Below the pieces are notes generated by a model. The model was not told where the DNA came from. It saw only the letters and a list, made by a program, of their open reading frames with translations, and did not search any database. The position numbers were made by a program, and so were the translations under genes. From Candidatus Magasanikbacteria bacterium RIFCSPHIGHO2_02_FULL_48_18 (GTDB lineage: Bacteria; Patescibacteriota; Patescibacteriia; Magasanikbacterales; UBA922), in contig MFQC01000011.1 of assembly GCA_001784285.1 (NCBI GenBank), positions 67,640 to 131,639 on the forward strand: a DNA stretch of 64,000 nucleotides, in the 5' to 3' direction. Positions 1-11,163 of the stretch are shown in pieces; the stretch's first letter is position 1; every line of letters begins with the position of its first letter.

Positions 1-7
1 ACAACAA

Positions 8-547
8 TTGTTTCAACAGCGCTTTGGCATAACGCTATACGGCTATCGGGCGCCATACTTTTCCATAAACGAACAAGCATTGCGTGTTCTCAAAACGGCT
101 CATTTCTTGTATGATTCTTCAGTTGTTCCATCTTTGCGGATTCCTGGCTGGTATGGCGTGCCCCGAGCGCCGCGTGTGCCATACAAAATCGGCAATACGC
201 TCGAGAGCGAAAGCGCGCAAAGTACATTCACGGAATTCCCGCTCAGTGTTCATCCCACATTTCGTCTCCCCGGGTTGGGCGGCTATTACTTTCGAAATTT
301 AGGGTTCTTCTGGACACGCCATTTGCTTAATATATGTATGGAACAATTGGGGTACGCCATATTTTATCTCCATCCCTGGGAACTCTCACTCACAATTCCA
401 AAACTCCGAGGAATGCCATTTTATATGCACCGAAAAACAGGAGCTTGGACTAGAGAAGCACTTGAGTCATTATTAAAAATGATGAAACACTCCTCGAACG
501 GAGAAACAATACCGTTGTCTGCTTATTGCAAGTCTCACGCTCAATAA
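8..547 (+). CDS. Polysaccharide deacetylase family protein, C-terminal part (runs off window start)
   Basis: Motifs GYRAPYFS, YDSS, EFPLS, GGYYFR and FYLHPWE are typical of NodB-type/DUF3473 deacetylases. Confidence 0.85.
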   Translation: MFQQRFGITLYGYRAPYFSINEQALRVLKTAHFLYDSSVVPSLRIPGWYGVPRAPRVPYKIGNTLESESAQSTFTEFPLSVHPTFRLPGLGGYYFRNLGFFWTRHLLNICMEQLGYAIFYLHPWELSLTIPKLRGMPFYMHRKTGAWTREALESLLKMMKHSSNGETIPLSAYCKSHAQ

Positions 548-558
548 TATTATACGCT

Positions 559-1218
559 ATGCATAGCTCAAACCATCATACACATGTTGCAGAATACTTT
601 AATAGAATTGCAGATGATTTTGATTCGTATTATGAAAAACCAAAAAATGCATTTCAACGGATTACAAATGCATTTCTTCGGAAGCCAGCAATTCAAAAAC
701 GTCTAAACCTTAGTTTTCAAGCACTGAACCATGTTCACATCCATTCCATCCTTGACATTGGATGCGGATCAGGCGTATTGGCGATCCCGCTCGCGATGTC
801 TCATCATCAGGTGATTGGTATTGACTTTTCTCATACCATGATTGAAATCGCGAAAAAAAAAGCAAAAGAGACGGGGGTACAGATTGATTTTCATATTGCG
901 GATTTTATGAAAGACACAATGCCAGAGGTTGACGCGTGTGTTGCGCTTGGCGTACTCGAATACTTTAAAAATCCTTCGGATTTCATCCAAAAAATGCTTT
1001 CTCTTGTTCCAGAAAAAGGAATTATCGTTTTTGATATACCCTCACTATTAAATTACCATACTCCGCTTCGCCTGCCGTATCTTTTGTGGCGTCACACACG
1101 AGCATATTTTTATACTCCGCTGAAACTGCGCCGCATGCTCGCCCCGTTCCAAAAACAGTTGAGCAACTGTTCAATTTTTTCCTATGGCGCTGGCTTTGTG
1201 GTTATGCTCAAAAAATAA
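559..1218 (+). CDS. Class I SAM-dependent methyltransferase
   Basis: ILDIGCGSG motif I, GIDFS, GVLEY; ATG at 559 chosen. Confidence 0.85.
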   Translation: MHSSNHHTHVAEYFNRIADDFDSYYEKPKNAFQRITNAFLRKPAIQKRLNLSFQALNHVHIHSILDIGCGSGVLAIPLAMSHHQVIGIDFSHTMIEIAKKKAKETGVQIDFHIADFMKDTMPEVDACVALGVLEYFKNPSDFIQKMLSLVPEKGIIVFDIPSLLNYHTPLRLPYLLWRHTRAYFYTPLKLRRMLAPFQKQLSNCSIFSYGAGFVVMLKK

Positions 1219-1220
1219 TT

Positions 1221-2357
1221 ATGCTAAAAATTCTTCTCATTGCGCCAACGTTTGCTATTTCCAAAAATAATCGTGTTCAGGCCATGATGAGCGCATACAA
1301 AACGGCAACCAATCTTTCTCGGCATGCCCATGTTATTGTTCTTGCCGCCGGGGACCCCCCATTCTATGAACACCCAGAAAAAAACCTTGAAATCTATCGC
1401 CTCAAAAATGTATATCTGAAGGACCCTATCAATTACATGATCCCTTTCTCCATATTCTGGCACACAATCCATATTATACAAAAAGAAAAGCCGGATGTAT
1501 TTTTGGTGAATAAATTCATGTTTTTTAACGCATTTGTGATCCCTTTGCTCAAAATAATGGGGAAGCGTGTCTATACGCAAATTGACGCGTTTCCTTCTAT
1601 CGATTGGAAATCGAGAACGCCATGGATTCGTCCTATCATGTGGGTCTACCTCCGGCTCATTGGCATCCCTCTTCTTTGGATGTCCGACCTCGTCATTCTT
1701 TTCCATGAGGGAATGACACCGATAGCACAGCGCTTTCATCTCAATTTTCAGGTCATCCATAATGGGGTCAATATGGATGAATTAGAATCCGTGTCATGCG
1801 CTTCGGATGTCGAAAAAAAACGACTTGCTGACATCCATATTGGATTCGTCGGTAGACTGGAATCCATGAAAGGATATGACATTCTTCTCCAAGCGTGCCA
1901 AAAAATTCTTCCTTCCTACCCACAGGTCAAACTCTTTATGGTTGGCAACACAAAAGGAAAGGAATACATTGTGACCGAGTATCAAAGTGCCCAAATTCAT
2001 TTTCTTGATGTCCGAAATGATGTGGCATCTATTTTGAAAGGCATTGATATATTTGTTCTCCCCTCTTTTTCAGAAGGACTTTCCAATTCACTTATGGAAG
2101 CAATGGCCGCAGGGTGTGCGTGTATTACGATGGATAAAAAAGGAGGAAATCAAATTCTGATTGAAGACGGCGTGACCGGCCTTTTTGCATCTGTGGGCAA
2201 TCCTGAAGATCTGGAACAAAAACTGTGCTATCTTATTGAACATCCAGACGTACGAAAACGTCTGGGGATAAATGCCAAACAACGTATACAAAAACAATTC
2301 AATTGGAACACGATTGTGCACGAATATCTCCGCTTATTTAAAAAACAATACACATAA
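1221..2357 (+). CDS. Glycosyltransferase family 4
   Basis: FVGRLESMKG and PSFSEGLSNSLMEAMAAG (EX7E motif). Confidence 0.9.
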   Translation: MLKILLIAPTFAISKNNRVQAMMSAYKTATNLSRHAHVIVLAAGDPPFYEHPEKNLEIYRLKNVYLKDPINYMIPFSIFWHTIHIIQKEKPDVFLVNKFMFFNAFVIPLLKIMGKRVYTQIDAFPSIDWKSRTPWIRPIMWVYLRLIGIPLLWMSDLVILFHEGMTPIAQRFHLNFQVIHNGVNMDELESVSCASDVEKKRLADIHIGFVGRLESMKGYDILLQACQKILPSYPQVKLFMVGNTKGKEYIVTEYQSAQIHFLDVRNDVASILKGIDIFVLPSFSEGLSNSLMEAMAAGCACITMDKKGGNQILIEDGVTGLFASVGNPEDLEQKLCYLIEHPDVRKRLGINAKQRIQKQFNWNTIVHEYLRLFKKQYT

Positions 2358-2362
2358 TTCTT

Positions 2363-4255
2363 ATGTGCGGCATCACCGGTAAAATCGCTTTAACACATAC
2401 CACACCTATAACCAAAGAAGAAATTCACCGCATGAACGAGCGGATTATTCATCGTGGACCTGATGATGAGGGGATATATATTGATCCAAGACACCGCGTG
2501 GGCCTGGGCCATAGGCGTCTCTCGATTGTGGATCTCTCTCCTGCCGGCCACCAGCCGATGTCAAATCCAGAAAAAACCGTATGGATTACGTTCAATGGCG
2601 AAATTTATAATTTTGCATCCTTGCGCGCGGATCTTGAAAAAAAGGGGTATCAATTTCAATCCCGCACAGACACCGAAGTCATTATTTACTTATGGCAAGA
2701 GTATGGCGAACGGTGCGTTTCGTTTTTACGAGGCATGTTTGCCTTTGCCATTTGGGATGAACAAAAACAAATAGTATTTCTCGCGCGAGACCGACTTGGC
2801 AAAAAACCGCTGAAATACTATATCGGCCCGGACACCATGGTCTTTGCGTCGGAACTCAAGGCATTTTTGGGAGAACCCGGCGTCCCTCGTGAGGTTGATT
2901 ATGAAGCCATCTATCATTACCTCACTCTCCAGTACGTTCCCCATCCACTTACAGGATTTGCTCGAATTTACAAATTGCCGGCGGCGCATTATCTGACGGT
3001 TGACCTTGCGCATGACAAACCCATCATTTCCGAACCGATCCAATATTGGAATTTGGACTATTCAAAAAAACTCAACCTTCCGGAAGAAGAATGGAAAGAG
3101 CGCATCATTGATAAATTGGATGAGTGCGTCAAATTACGCATGATTGCCGACGTGCCGCTTGGCGCGTTTCTCTCGGGCGGCGTGGATTCAAGCGGTGTTG
3201 TGGCATTTATGGCCAAAAACAGCCCGCGCCCGGTGAAAACCTTTTCTATTGGATTTACGGAAAAATCGTTCAATGAACTGCCCTACGCAAGAATGATGGC
3301 CACACGATACGGCACGGAGCACCAAGAATTCATCGTGGAACCGGACGCGATGACGGTCTTGCCCCATCTCGTGTATCATTATGAAGAACCGTATGCCGAT
3401 TCATCGGCCATTCCGACATACTACATCTCAAAAATAACTCGGACGCACGCGACCGTTGCTCTAAACGGCGATGGCGGCGATGAAAATTTTGCCGGCTACC
3501 CGTGGTATCGGGTGCTTTTTTATGCATCACTCTACCAAAAAACACCTTGGCTCTTTCGTAAAGTTAATCACCGTCTCACCGCGCTCCTTGCGCGTCTCTT
3601 TTCAACTTCGTCGCTTTTGACCTATGGACTCACCTATGCCAAAGGGAGCCTCTCCGCTTCAATTGCCTATACGCACTCGGAATTGCTCGCCTATATCCAA
3701 GAAGAACAAAAAAATGCCGCCTTTATTCCGCCGCACGGCGCAAGCACGCACACCATCCTTGAACGGTATTATGCGGAAGCGGCGAATTGGGATTTGATTG
3801 ACAAAGCCGTGTATGCCGACATTCACACGTATCTCCAGGATGACTTATTGACAAAAGTGGATATTGCAACAATGAGTGTATCTCTTGAAGGACGTTCGCC
3901 GCTCCTCGATCATGAATTCATGGAAATGACCACCATGATTCCTGCGAATCTCAAAGTAACCAAAAAAGAAAATAAATATATATTCAAAAAAGCCCTTGAA
4001 CCGTTTGTACCGAAAGAACTTATGTACCGTAAAAAACGAGGATTCAGCATTCCAATCAACCATTGGCTCCGAACCTCTCTCTGCGATTATGCGCAGGAAA
4101 TACTCTCCGATGATCACGCGTTTACAAAGGAAATTCTTGGGAGAGACTTGATACCGCACCTTTGGGAAAACCATCTCAGAGGAAAAAAAGAAGGAAAAAA
4201 AATATGGGCGCTCTTGACGCTTGAATTATGGCATCGTCAATTTTTTTCATCCTAA
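2363..4255 (+). CDS. asnB: Asparagine synthase (glutamine-hydrolysing)-type amidotransferase
   Basis: N-terminal MCGI, HRGPD, LGHRRLSIVD, FNGEIYN, FLSGGVDSS, GDGGDE. Confidence 0.95.
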   Translation: MCGITGKIALTHTTPITKEEIHRMNERIIHRGPDDEGIYIDPRHRVGLGHRRLSIVDLSPAGHQPMSNPEKTVWITFNGEIYNFASLRADLEKKGYQFQSRTDTEVIIYLWQEYGERCVSFLRGMFAFAIWDEQKQIVFLARDRLGKKPLKYYIGPDTMVFASELKAFLGEPGVPREVDYEAIYHYLTLQYVPHPLTGFARIYKLPAAHYLTVDLAHDKPIISEPIQYWNLDYSKKLNLPEEEWKERIIDKLDECVKLRMIADVPLGAFLSGGVDSSGVVAFMAKNSPRPVKTFSIGFTEKSFNELPYARMMATRYGTEHQEFIVEPDAMTVLPHLVYHYEEPYADSSAIPTYYISKITRTHATVALNGDGGDENFAGYPWYRVLFYASLYQKTPWLFRKVNHRLTALLARLFSTSSLLTYGLTYAKGSLSASIAYTHSELLAYIQEEQKNAAFIPPHGASTHTILERYYAEAANWDLIDKAVYADIHTYLQDDLLTKVDIATMSVSLEGRSPLLDHEFMEMTTMIPANLKVTKKENKYIFKKALEPFVPKELMYRKKRGFSIPINHWLRTSLCDYAQEILSDDHAFTKEILGRDLIPHLWENHLRGKKEGKKIWALLTLELWHRQFFSS

Positions 4256-4286
4256 TCATGCGGACAGCGCCATGCAAAAAACATGT

Positions 4287-5228
4287 ATGAGAAAAAAAAT
4301 ACACATTATCACACCAATACGGCCTGGCGGACCTCAAATGTGGGGCCGCCTCCTTGCGAAAGAATTGAATATACGAGATGAATGGTCTGCAACCCATACC
4401 CGCACACTGCCGCGCATGATCATGACGCCATTCTATGAGCCGGCTGACGTGGTCCACACATCTGTACCGATCACCTACCGGCTCTGGAAGAAACCGCTGA
4501 TTCTCACGCTTCGTGGAAATTTTATGATTGAATATTATTATTGGGCAAGAATGTACCCGCGGTCCATACGAATGGCCGACATTGTCACGGTTTCAAGCCA
4601 CTTTCTCAAAGAAACGCTCCGTCTCCCGAACGCGCTTGTCATTCCTCCCTCCGCTGACCTGCCGCAGATGCCTGTCAGACAGAGGACCGACGAACACACA
4701 ATCCGCATACTTATCGTCACAAAATTTTGTTTTCCTCAAAAATCACGAGGGGTACTCACTCTTCTCGACGCACTCTCAAAAACAAAGATCAAAAAACATC
4801 CGATTTCTATTGCCATCCTCGGCGGCGGTGTATATTTGAATGAAATAAAAAGAGAATCGCGACGATGTGGACTCCCTGTAACGTTTTACGGTTTTACCGA
4901 TCCAAAACCATTTTTTGAACAGTCAGACATCTTTTTATACTGGTCCAAACACGACAATACGCCGATTGCGGTCCTTGAAGCCATGTCGTATGGCCTCCCC
5001 GTTGTCGCCAATAACGTAGGCGCCATGACAGAACTCGTCACCCACAAAGAAACCGGTCTCATTGCAAATACTCCCGATGAATTTACCGCGTATGTCAATG
5101 AACTTTTTGACCATCCAGAGTTGCAACGCACCTTGGGCGAAGGCGCACGCCATGCCATTCTCACCACGTTTAGCCACGCGCGAGTGGTGCCCCAATATGA
5201 ATCGCTCTACCGAGGAGTAATATCCTAA
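4287..5228 (+). CDS. Glycosyltransferase family 4
   Basis: DNTPIAVLEAMSYGLPVVANNVGA; start could instead be 4272. Confidence 0.85.
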   Translation: MRKKIHIITPIRPGGPQMWGRLLAKELNIRDEWSATHTRTLPRMIMTPFYEPADVVHTSVPITYRLWKKPLILTLRGNFMIEYYYWARMYPRSIRMADIVTVSSHFLKETLRLPNALVIPPSADLPQMPVRQRTDEHTIRILIVTKFCFPQKSRGVLTLLDALSKTKIKKHPISIAILGGGVYLNEIKRESRRCGLPVTFYGFTDPKPFFEQSDIFLYWSKHDNTPIAVLEAMSYGLPVVANNVGAMTELVTHKETGLIANTPDEFTAYVNELFDHPELQRTLGEGARHAILTTFSHARVVPQYESLYRGVIS

Positions 5229-5230
5229 GC

Positions 5231-6739
5231 ATGCGTATGATGATGGACATTGGGCATAAAAAAAAGATGATTATTGTGGAAATACTGATTCTCGCAACGG
5301 CATCTCTTTTGTTTATTATTCCTCAACTGTACAGCCAAATCGCGCAGGACCAGCTCCCCGCGACCGGAGACCTCATACATCGTCGCATTGTCTATTTTCT
5401 CACGAATTTTCCCAACTTTCAGGATGCGCCGCCGTTTACTCTCTCACACTCGACGTTATATCATTACGTCATTTCGTATGTCAATATTATAACCGGTCTC
5501 GTCGGCGATACGGCATTTTATGGGTTCAGTATTCTGAACCTGCTGATGTTGCCGCTTGCCCTCTTGGTGGCTTTTGTCTTTGTGAGACGGCTCGCTCCTC
5601 GATATGGTATTTTCGCGGCACTGCTTATTCTATTAAATCCGCTTCTCCTCTTTCCTTTTTTTGGCCATGCGGATCAACATTTGATTTATATTTTTTTCTC
5701 TCTTTTTCTCTTTGTCATTCTTTTTTTTGAGCCAACGATAAAAACGCAAATGGCCGCCATCCTCCTATTCGGTGTATTGCTGAATAGTAGCTTGGCCATC
5801 TGGCTTCCGCTTGCGTTTATGATGTTGGTCTTAGAATTGGCATTTCCAAAATGGAAAATCCTCTTACTAGGGGCATGCAGTATGGCGCTGTATCTTCCTT
5901 TTTTACGACCGCCGCTGGGGTATCTCTTGTTTGGCGATTATCTGGTGCATCCAGAGACGCTCTTCAAGATACTTATCCTTCTTGGCGTTGGGGTTCTTCT
6001 CTTGCTTCTTTCCTATCGATATATTCAAAAACTCCACACAAAACAGATGGGCGCCTTCCTCATCGCGTCTGTCCTCACACTTTTTTTTCTGACATCCCAC
6101 CAAGGCGGCCCTTATGCAACCAATGTGCGTCCTCTTGCCAAACAAGCCATCCAAACGTCTTTTGAAGAAACGAGCTTTATCAACTATATTTTTTCCAACA
6201 ATCCCAGTAAACACGTTGATGGATTTTCTCTCTATATTGGCGTCATCATGTTCCTCGTGATTCTTTCACTCCAAACACTGAAAGAAAAGAACTGGCGTTT
6301 TACCACAAAAGAAAAGATACTCCACGCCATGATTTTTATCCCATTCGCATTAGCCTTGCTCCGGTATATGCTTCTCCGGGTTAATTTCGATTATTTTTTA
6401 TATACCCCAATCTACAATCTTCATGTTGGCCGGCTTATGTCCATTTCATTATTTTTACTTCCGCTGTCGCTTTCTCTCTATTGGCCCGCAATACAACGCG
6501 TGCTCAAGCCGATGGGAACAAAATTTCTCCTCTCTGTCATGGTTATTGTCATCGTTATGATTTCCCAATTTTATTATGTGAGAGTCTACCCGAATTGGAC
6601 ACAGCATACATACCAACAGGCAATACACCGAGCGCTGAAACAAGGCATTGGTGATGATCTCTCTCCTCCTGAAGCAGAATACGCGCGCCATTTTTTTCAG
6701 CATGACACCCTTTTTGGGACATCAGACATCCGACGATAG
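5231..6739 (+). CDS. Polytopic membrane protein (possible GT-C/polymerase-like)
   Basis: 502-aa ORF with more than 10 hydrophobic segments, inside the glycan operon; family is inference. Confidence 0.6.
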   Translation: MRMMMDIGHKKKMIIVEILILATASLLFIIPQLYSQIAQDQLPATGDLIHRRIVYFLTNFPNFQDAPPFTLSHSTLYHYVISYVNIITGLVGDTAFYGFSILNLLMLPLALLVAFVFVRRLAPRYGIFAALLILLNPLLLFPFFGHADQHLIYIFFSLFLFVILFFEPTIKTQMAAILLFGVLLNSSLAIWLPLAFMMLVLELAFPKWKILLLGACSMALYLPFLRPPLGYLLFGDYLVHPETLFKILILLGVGVLLLLLSYRYIQKLHTKQMGAFLIASVLTLFFLTSHQGGPYATNVRPLAKQAIQTSFEETSFINYIFSNNPSKHVDGFSLYIGVIMFLVILSLQTLKEKNWRFTTKEKILHAMIFIPFALALLRYMLLRVNFDYFLYTPIYNLHVGRLMSISLFLLPLSLSLYWPAIQRVLKPMGTKFLLSVMVIVIVMISQFYYVRVYPNWTQHTYQQAIHRALKQGIGDDLSPPEAEYARHFFQHDTLFGTSDIRR

Positions 6740-6764
6740 CGCGCCTCCCATTGTAAAACCTCCT

Positions 6765-7556
6765 ATGATAAGCATTCTCCTTGGCGTGTATAACGGGGAA
6801 AACGATCTCCCCCAAACACTCGCGAGTATCGCACACCAAACCTACACCGACTGGCATGTAGTTGCGGTTGACGATGGATCATGTGACAGAACCTATGACG
6901 TCCTCGCCCAATTTCAAAAACAATTTCCACAAAAAACGACCCTCCTCAAAAATGATCAAAATATGGGGCTGACCAAATCGCTCATAAAAGCCGCGGCGGT
7001 TGCCACTGGTTCGTACTTGGCGCGTCTTGATGCGGGAGACGAATTTCTTCCCGCCAAACTGGAAAAACAAATTGATTTTTTAGAACATCACCAGGATTAT
7101 GGCATCATAGGTTGCAATTATATCAACACCTTTCTCCCCTCTGGGAAAGAAAAAAAGAGCCGCCTCCCGATTGATAATAACGATATCCAAAAAACACTTA
7201 TCAAAAAAAACCCATTCGCCCACAGTTGTGTGCTTATTCGAAAAAAAATCTATACGAAGGCCGGCGGATATGACGAAACTATTCGATATGGCCAAGATTA
7301 TGAGTTATGGTTTCGAATCCTTCGCCTTTCAAAGGGCGCCAACCTGAGCGACCATCTCTGCGTGAGAACCATTCATACCAATCATATCAGCCTTTCTCTG
7401 GGGTATCGCAAACAAAGACAGCAAATGTGGCAAGGGATGAAAACACAATGGAAATATATGTCCAAAAAAAATGCGAAACATTACTTGTATATGCTCGGAC
7501 TGCTGAGTTTGATTTTGATTCCAGACATGATAAAAAAATATCTAAAAAAAAAATAA
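6765..7556 (+). CDS. Glycosyltransferase family 2
   Basis: ISILLGVYNGE, VDDGSCD, ARLDAGD, QDYELW; start could instead be 6702. Confidence 0.9.
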   Translation: MISILLGVYNGENDLPQTLASIAHQTYTDWHVVAVDDGSCDRTYDVLAQFQKQFPQKTTLLKNDQNMGLTKSLIKAAAVATGSYLARLDAGDEFLPAKLEKQIDFLEHHQDYGIIGCNYINTFLPSGKEKKSRLPIDNNDIQKTLIKKNPFAHSCVLIRKKIYTKAGGYDETIRYGQDYELWFRILRLSKGANLSDHLCVRTIHTNHISLSLGYRKQRQQMWQGMKTQWKYMSKKNAKHYLYMLGLLSLILIPDMIKKYLKKK

Positions 7557-7610
7557 CTTTTGAAAGAACGCATGAAAAATCTTTCTTTGTAAAATATAAT
7601 ATAATATTTT

Positions 7611-8615
7611 ATGTTACGTGTGTGTTTTCCATTTAAACCAAAAATCTCAATCGGCGGAACGCGTACCTTTGCAGAACAGTTCACACGTGGGCTCCGATCT
7701 CGAGGCATTACTGTCATCTCGGACCCAAACCAACCATATGATGTTTTCTTCACAATCACAGGAAATAATATAACAGACGCCATCCAAGCAAAAAAACAAA
7801 GAATCCCAATCATACAGCGACTCGATGGCGTTTATTATTACAGCCTCCATGGCGTGCCATACTTCCTCCTCAACGCCAAAATGAAAATGATACATAATTG
7901 GCTTGCAGATGTGGTGATTTATCAAAGTAAATACTCGAAATTTTGTTGTGAACGCTTCTTAGGAAAGAGTCGCGCCAAACATTTCTCTGTTATTTATAAC
8001 GGCGTGGATTGCTTACAATTTTCACCGGCTGAAGCTCATGAAGTACCCCAGGAACATAAAAAAATCCTATTCACCGCAAGTGTGTTTAGAAGAAAAGACA
8101 TGATCGAACCAATAATCAAAGCATTGGACATACTGTGGGAACGGCGGAAGGATTTTATTTTTCTCGTGGCTGGAAATTTTCTTAGTGAAGCAAAAAAGTC
8201 CTTTCTTGATCTTCAACGACCATACACAAAATTTATTGGCCCTGTCACCAGATCAGAGCTCCCCAACCATCTCAGATCAAGCCACGTTTTCCTTTTTTCT
8301 TCCATCAATCCACCATGCCCAAATAGTGTATTAGAATCCATGTCATCCGGCGTACCTATTTGTGGAATAGCTATGGGAGCGATGCCAGAGCTTGTAGAAC
8401 ATGGTCGTGATGGCCTCTTAGTTCCTCATCATCATGACAACTTTTGGCATCTCCATCCAATTGATATAAAGACATTTGCATCAAATATTGAGTATATGAT
8501 GAATCATCATAAAAAAATGGGAAATCATGCGCGCAATCACGTAGAACGTGAATTTTCATTCAACCGCATGCTGGATCAATACATCGAAGTCCTTACATCC
8601 GCTGCCCGTGTGTAG
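7611..8615 (+). CDS. Glycosyltransferase family 4
   Basis: RLDG, IYNGVD, CPNSVLESMSSGVP. Confidence 0.85.
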   Translation: MLRVCFPFKPKISIGGTRTFAEQFTRGLRSRGITVISDPNQPYDVFFTITGNNITDAIQAKKQRIPIIQRLDGVYYYSLHGVPYFLLNAKMKMIHNWLADVVIYQSKYSKFCCERFLGKSRAKHFSVIYNGVDCLQFSPAEAHEVPQEHKKILFTASVFRRKDMIEPIIKALDILWERRKDFIFLVAGNFLSEAKKSFLDLQRPYTKFIGPVTRSELPNHLRSSHVFLFSSINPPCPNSVLESMSSGVPICGIAMGAMPELVEHGRDGLLVPHHHDNFWHLHPIDIKTFASNIEYMMNHHKKMGNHARNHVEREFSFNRMLDQYIEVLTSAARV

Positions 8616-8622
8616 CCATATT

Positions 8623-10218
8623 ATGATCGACGAATATATAAAAACATTTAAGTCTCTTTTCTACCGCATGCGCCCAACATCACGTGCTCTTATTATTTTT
8701 CTTTTTATAAGTATCTTGCTTTTTATTCGCAGTATTTATTTTGATAAATACCTCTCCTCCGATCAAATGTTTTTCCAACTAGTGTATCTTGGTAAAACAG
8801 AAATAAATTATTCGGACTACCGTGTTCCTGCGTTGGACTCATATATCCCATTTGTGTTCACTAACTATCTTCGTCAATTTTTTCAGGATCCCATCTGGGT
8901 ATATCGTTCGATTTTGCCAGTATTAATTTTTTTGTATCTTACATCTTTCTACGTTATTCTGAAAAAACTCATCCAAAAAGAATGGATTTCCATCATCGTA
9001 CCCTTGGTATCATTACTGCCTCGCAAGGCAATGGCTTCCATGTACTGGGGAATAATTACCATTGGGCATGCGACACACCGAGCATTTCTCCAACCTTTTT
9101 TTATACTCTTCTTTTATCTTTTATATCGCTACCAGCACGAACCGAAACGTCTCACCGCCATATTTCTTCTTTTTGGCATCGTCAGCAGCCTGTATCCAAC
9201 TCAATCTTTTTATCTGGTTGCAATCTCGTTCCTTACACTACTTATCACAAATCATTTCGCATGGAAAACATGGCGCCAATGCGTCTTGTATGGAATCGCT
9301 TTCTTGCTTGGCACGCTGTATTATATTCTTCCAAATCTTACAATAGGGCTAAACATAGACCCACTTGATCCGATGCTTATCCCAGAATTTAACGAAGCAC
9401 TTCGGTACCGTTTTTCCTATACCTTCTATCCCGGTAGCCTCTATACATATACCCGGTCGATACTTCTTGACAGCGCCCTGCTCTTTGCGATCTACATCTT
9501 CATCAACAAAAAAATACACACGCTGTCTTCTGAACACCAAAAACTTTTGCACTTCAGTAACATAAACCTCCTGTCTGTGGGCATCATCACATTTGGAATG
9601 CCACTGATACAAGATATCATAAGCGCACTATTCCACACGAGACTTCTTATATTTGAACAATTTGCCACCTCACGGTTTGCCTATCTTAATTTATATATTG
9701 GATTTGCCCTATTCTTACTATATATCAGACATCATACAAAAATTTCTTTCAAAAAAAGCAGTATATATATTGTCATCAGTATAACACTCCTAACTTTAAC
9801 AAATTTTTTTCTGTTATATGATCTCATTAAAAAAATCTATCCTCTTACTGAATTTTCAGTTACGAATCCAAATTTTCAAGAAACATGCGAATGGATTAAA
9901 ATAAACACAGACCCGTCTCTCCTTCTCATCACAGAAGATTTCAACTTTCGTCTCTGCACTGAAAGAAAAATCTTTGTGTCATGGAAAGATGGCATGGTAT
10001 ACCTCTACCGTTCACCAAAAAATTTTATTGAATGGTACCGCCGTCTCCGCGAGCAACAGGAGGCATACGCACAACATGATATAGTGACTCTTCTCACGAT
10101 TGCAAAAAATCAAAATGGGAGTATACTTATCGATAAACTATCGTGGCCTGAAATTACGACCTTGAAAACCTCTATCCTATTCGAAAACAACAGATATATA
10201 TTTTTGCATCCAAAATAA
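8623..10218 (+). CDS. Polytopic membrane protein (intact copy; decayed paralog at 12.6-13.3 kb)
   Basis: Many TM segments plus a soluble C-terminal domain (CEWIKINT...SWKDG...EWYRRL). Confidence 0.7.
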   Translation: MIDEYIKTFKSLFYRMRPTSRALIIFLFISILLFIRSIYFDKYLSSDQMFFQLVYLGKTEINYSDYRVPALDSYIPFVFTNYLRQFFQDPIWVYRSILPVLIFLYLTSFYVILKKLIQKEWISIIVPLVSLLPRKAMASMYWGIITIGHATHRAFLQPFFILFFYLLYRYQHEPKRLTAIFLLFGIVSSLYPTQSFYLVAISFLTLLITNHFAWKTWRQCVLYGIAFLLGTLYYILPNLTIGLNIDPLDPMLIPEFNEALRYRFSYTFYPGSLYTYTRSILLDSALLFAIYIFINKKIHTLSSEHQKLLHFSNINLLSVGIITFGMPLIQDIISALFHTRLLIFEQFATSRFAYLNLYIGFALFLLYIRHHTKISFKKSSIYIVISITLLTLTNFFLLYDLIKKIYPLTEFSVTNPNFQETCEWIKINTDPSLLLITEDFNFRLCTERKIFVSWKDGMVYLYRSPKNFIEWYRRLREQQEAYAQHDIVTLLTIAKNQNGSILIDKLSWPEITTLKTSILFENNRYIFLHPK

Positions 10219-10249
10219 TCCTTATTCCTAATTTTTACGTACATACCGT

Positions 10250-11158
10250 ATGCATCCAGCATTTAAAGAAAATCCTTGCAATATCTGCCATGGTACGGAC
10301 ACAAAAGTTATTTATCCAGCGACACTTCCCGAGGATCTCTCTCTCGAAATAACAAAAAGATTCGCTCCCGCAGACCATGCAAAGGGAAATGACCAAATTG
10401 TTCAGTGTAACGTATGTGGGCTTGCATATGCCAACCCTCGAATGAAACAAGAATATATCTGGCAAGGATACAGCGAAGCGGTTGATACAAAATATGCAAC
10501 CCAAGCCGAAGAGCGAATCAACACGTTTAAACGTACCCTCCGGCTAATCCAACGATACGTCCCCGCAAAAGGGACGCTTATTGACATTGGATGCGCGGCG
10601 GGATTTTTTCTTAAAGTCGCGAAAGATGCCGACTGGAATGTCAAAGGAATCGAACCAAACAAAGGACTCGCGGAATTCGGTCGCGCTACCTACGGGGTCG
10701 ACATACAATCAAAAAATTTCCTTGACTCCGGCCTTGCGCAAGAATCATTTGACGTTGTTACTTTCTGGGATGTGCTGGAGCACGTGTCTGATCCCAGTGC
10801 ATACATTCGAGAATCATATCGCCTGTTAAAACCTCACGGGTTTATTTTCCTCAATTTTCCTGATTTTGGTTCTCGTCTTGCGAGGTGGAGTGGGCAAAAA
10901 TGGTGGTTTCTTTCACCGGTGCATATTTATTACTTCAATCGTTCCACGATAAAAAAACTTCTGGAGCAACAAGGATTTACAGTAAAAAAAATACAAATGC
11001 ACTGGCAAACGCTTGCACTCGGTTATCTTTTTGAACGATTTGCGGATTACAATAAAACAATATCAAAAATTGGCGTGTTTCTTTGCAACATGTTGCGAAT
11101 AGACAAATTACCTATTCGGTACTATGCCGGCCAAGCGCTTGTTATCGCTCAAAAGTAA
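10250..11158 (+). CDS. Class I SAM methyltransferase with N-terminal CxxC/CxxC zinc-binding region (copy A)
   Basis: CNIC...CNVC, LIDIGCAAG, WDVLEHV. Confidence 0.9.
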   Translation: MHPAFKENPCNICHGTDTKVIYPATLPEDLSLEITKRFAPADHAKGNDQIVQCNVCGLAYANPRMKQEYIWQGYSEAVDTKYATQAEERINTFKRTLRLIQRYVPAKGTLIDIGCAAGFFLKVAKDADWNVKGIEPNKGLAEFGRATYGVDIQSKNFLDSGLAQESFDVVTFWDVLEHVSDPSAYIRESYRLLKPHGFIFLNFPDFGSRLARWSGQKWWFLSPVHIYYFNRSTIKKLLEQQGFTVKKIQMHWQTLALGYLFERFADYNKTISKIGVFLCNMLRIDKLPIRYYAGQALVIAQK

Positions 11159-11163
11159 CACCT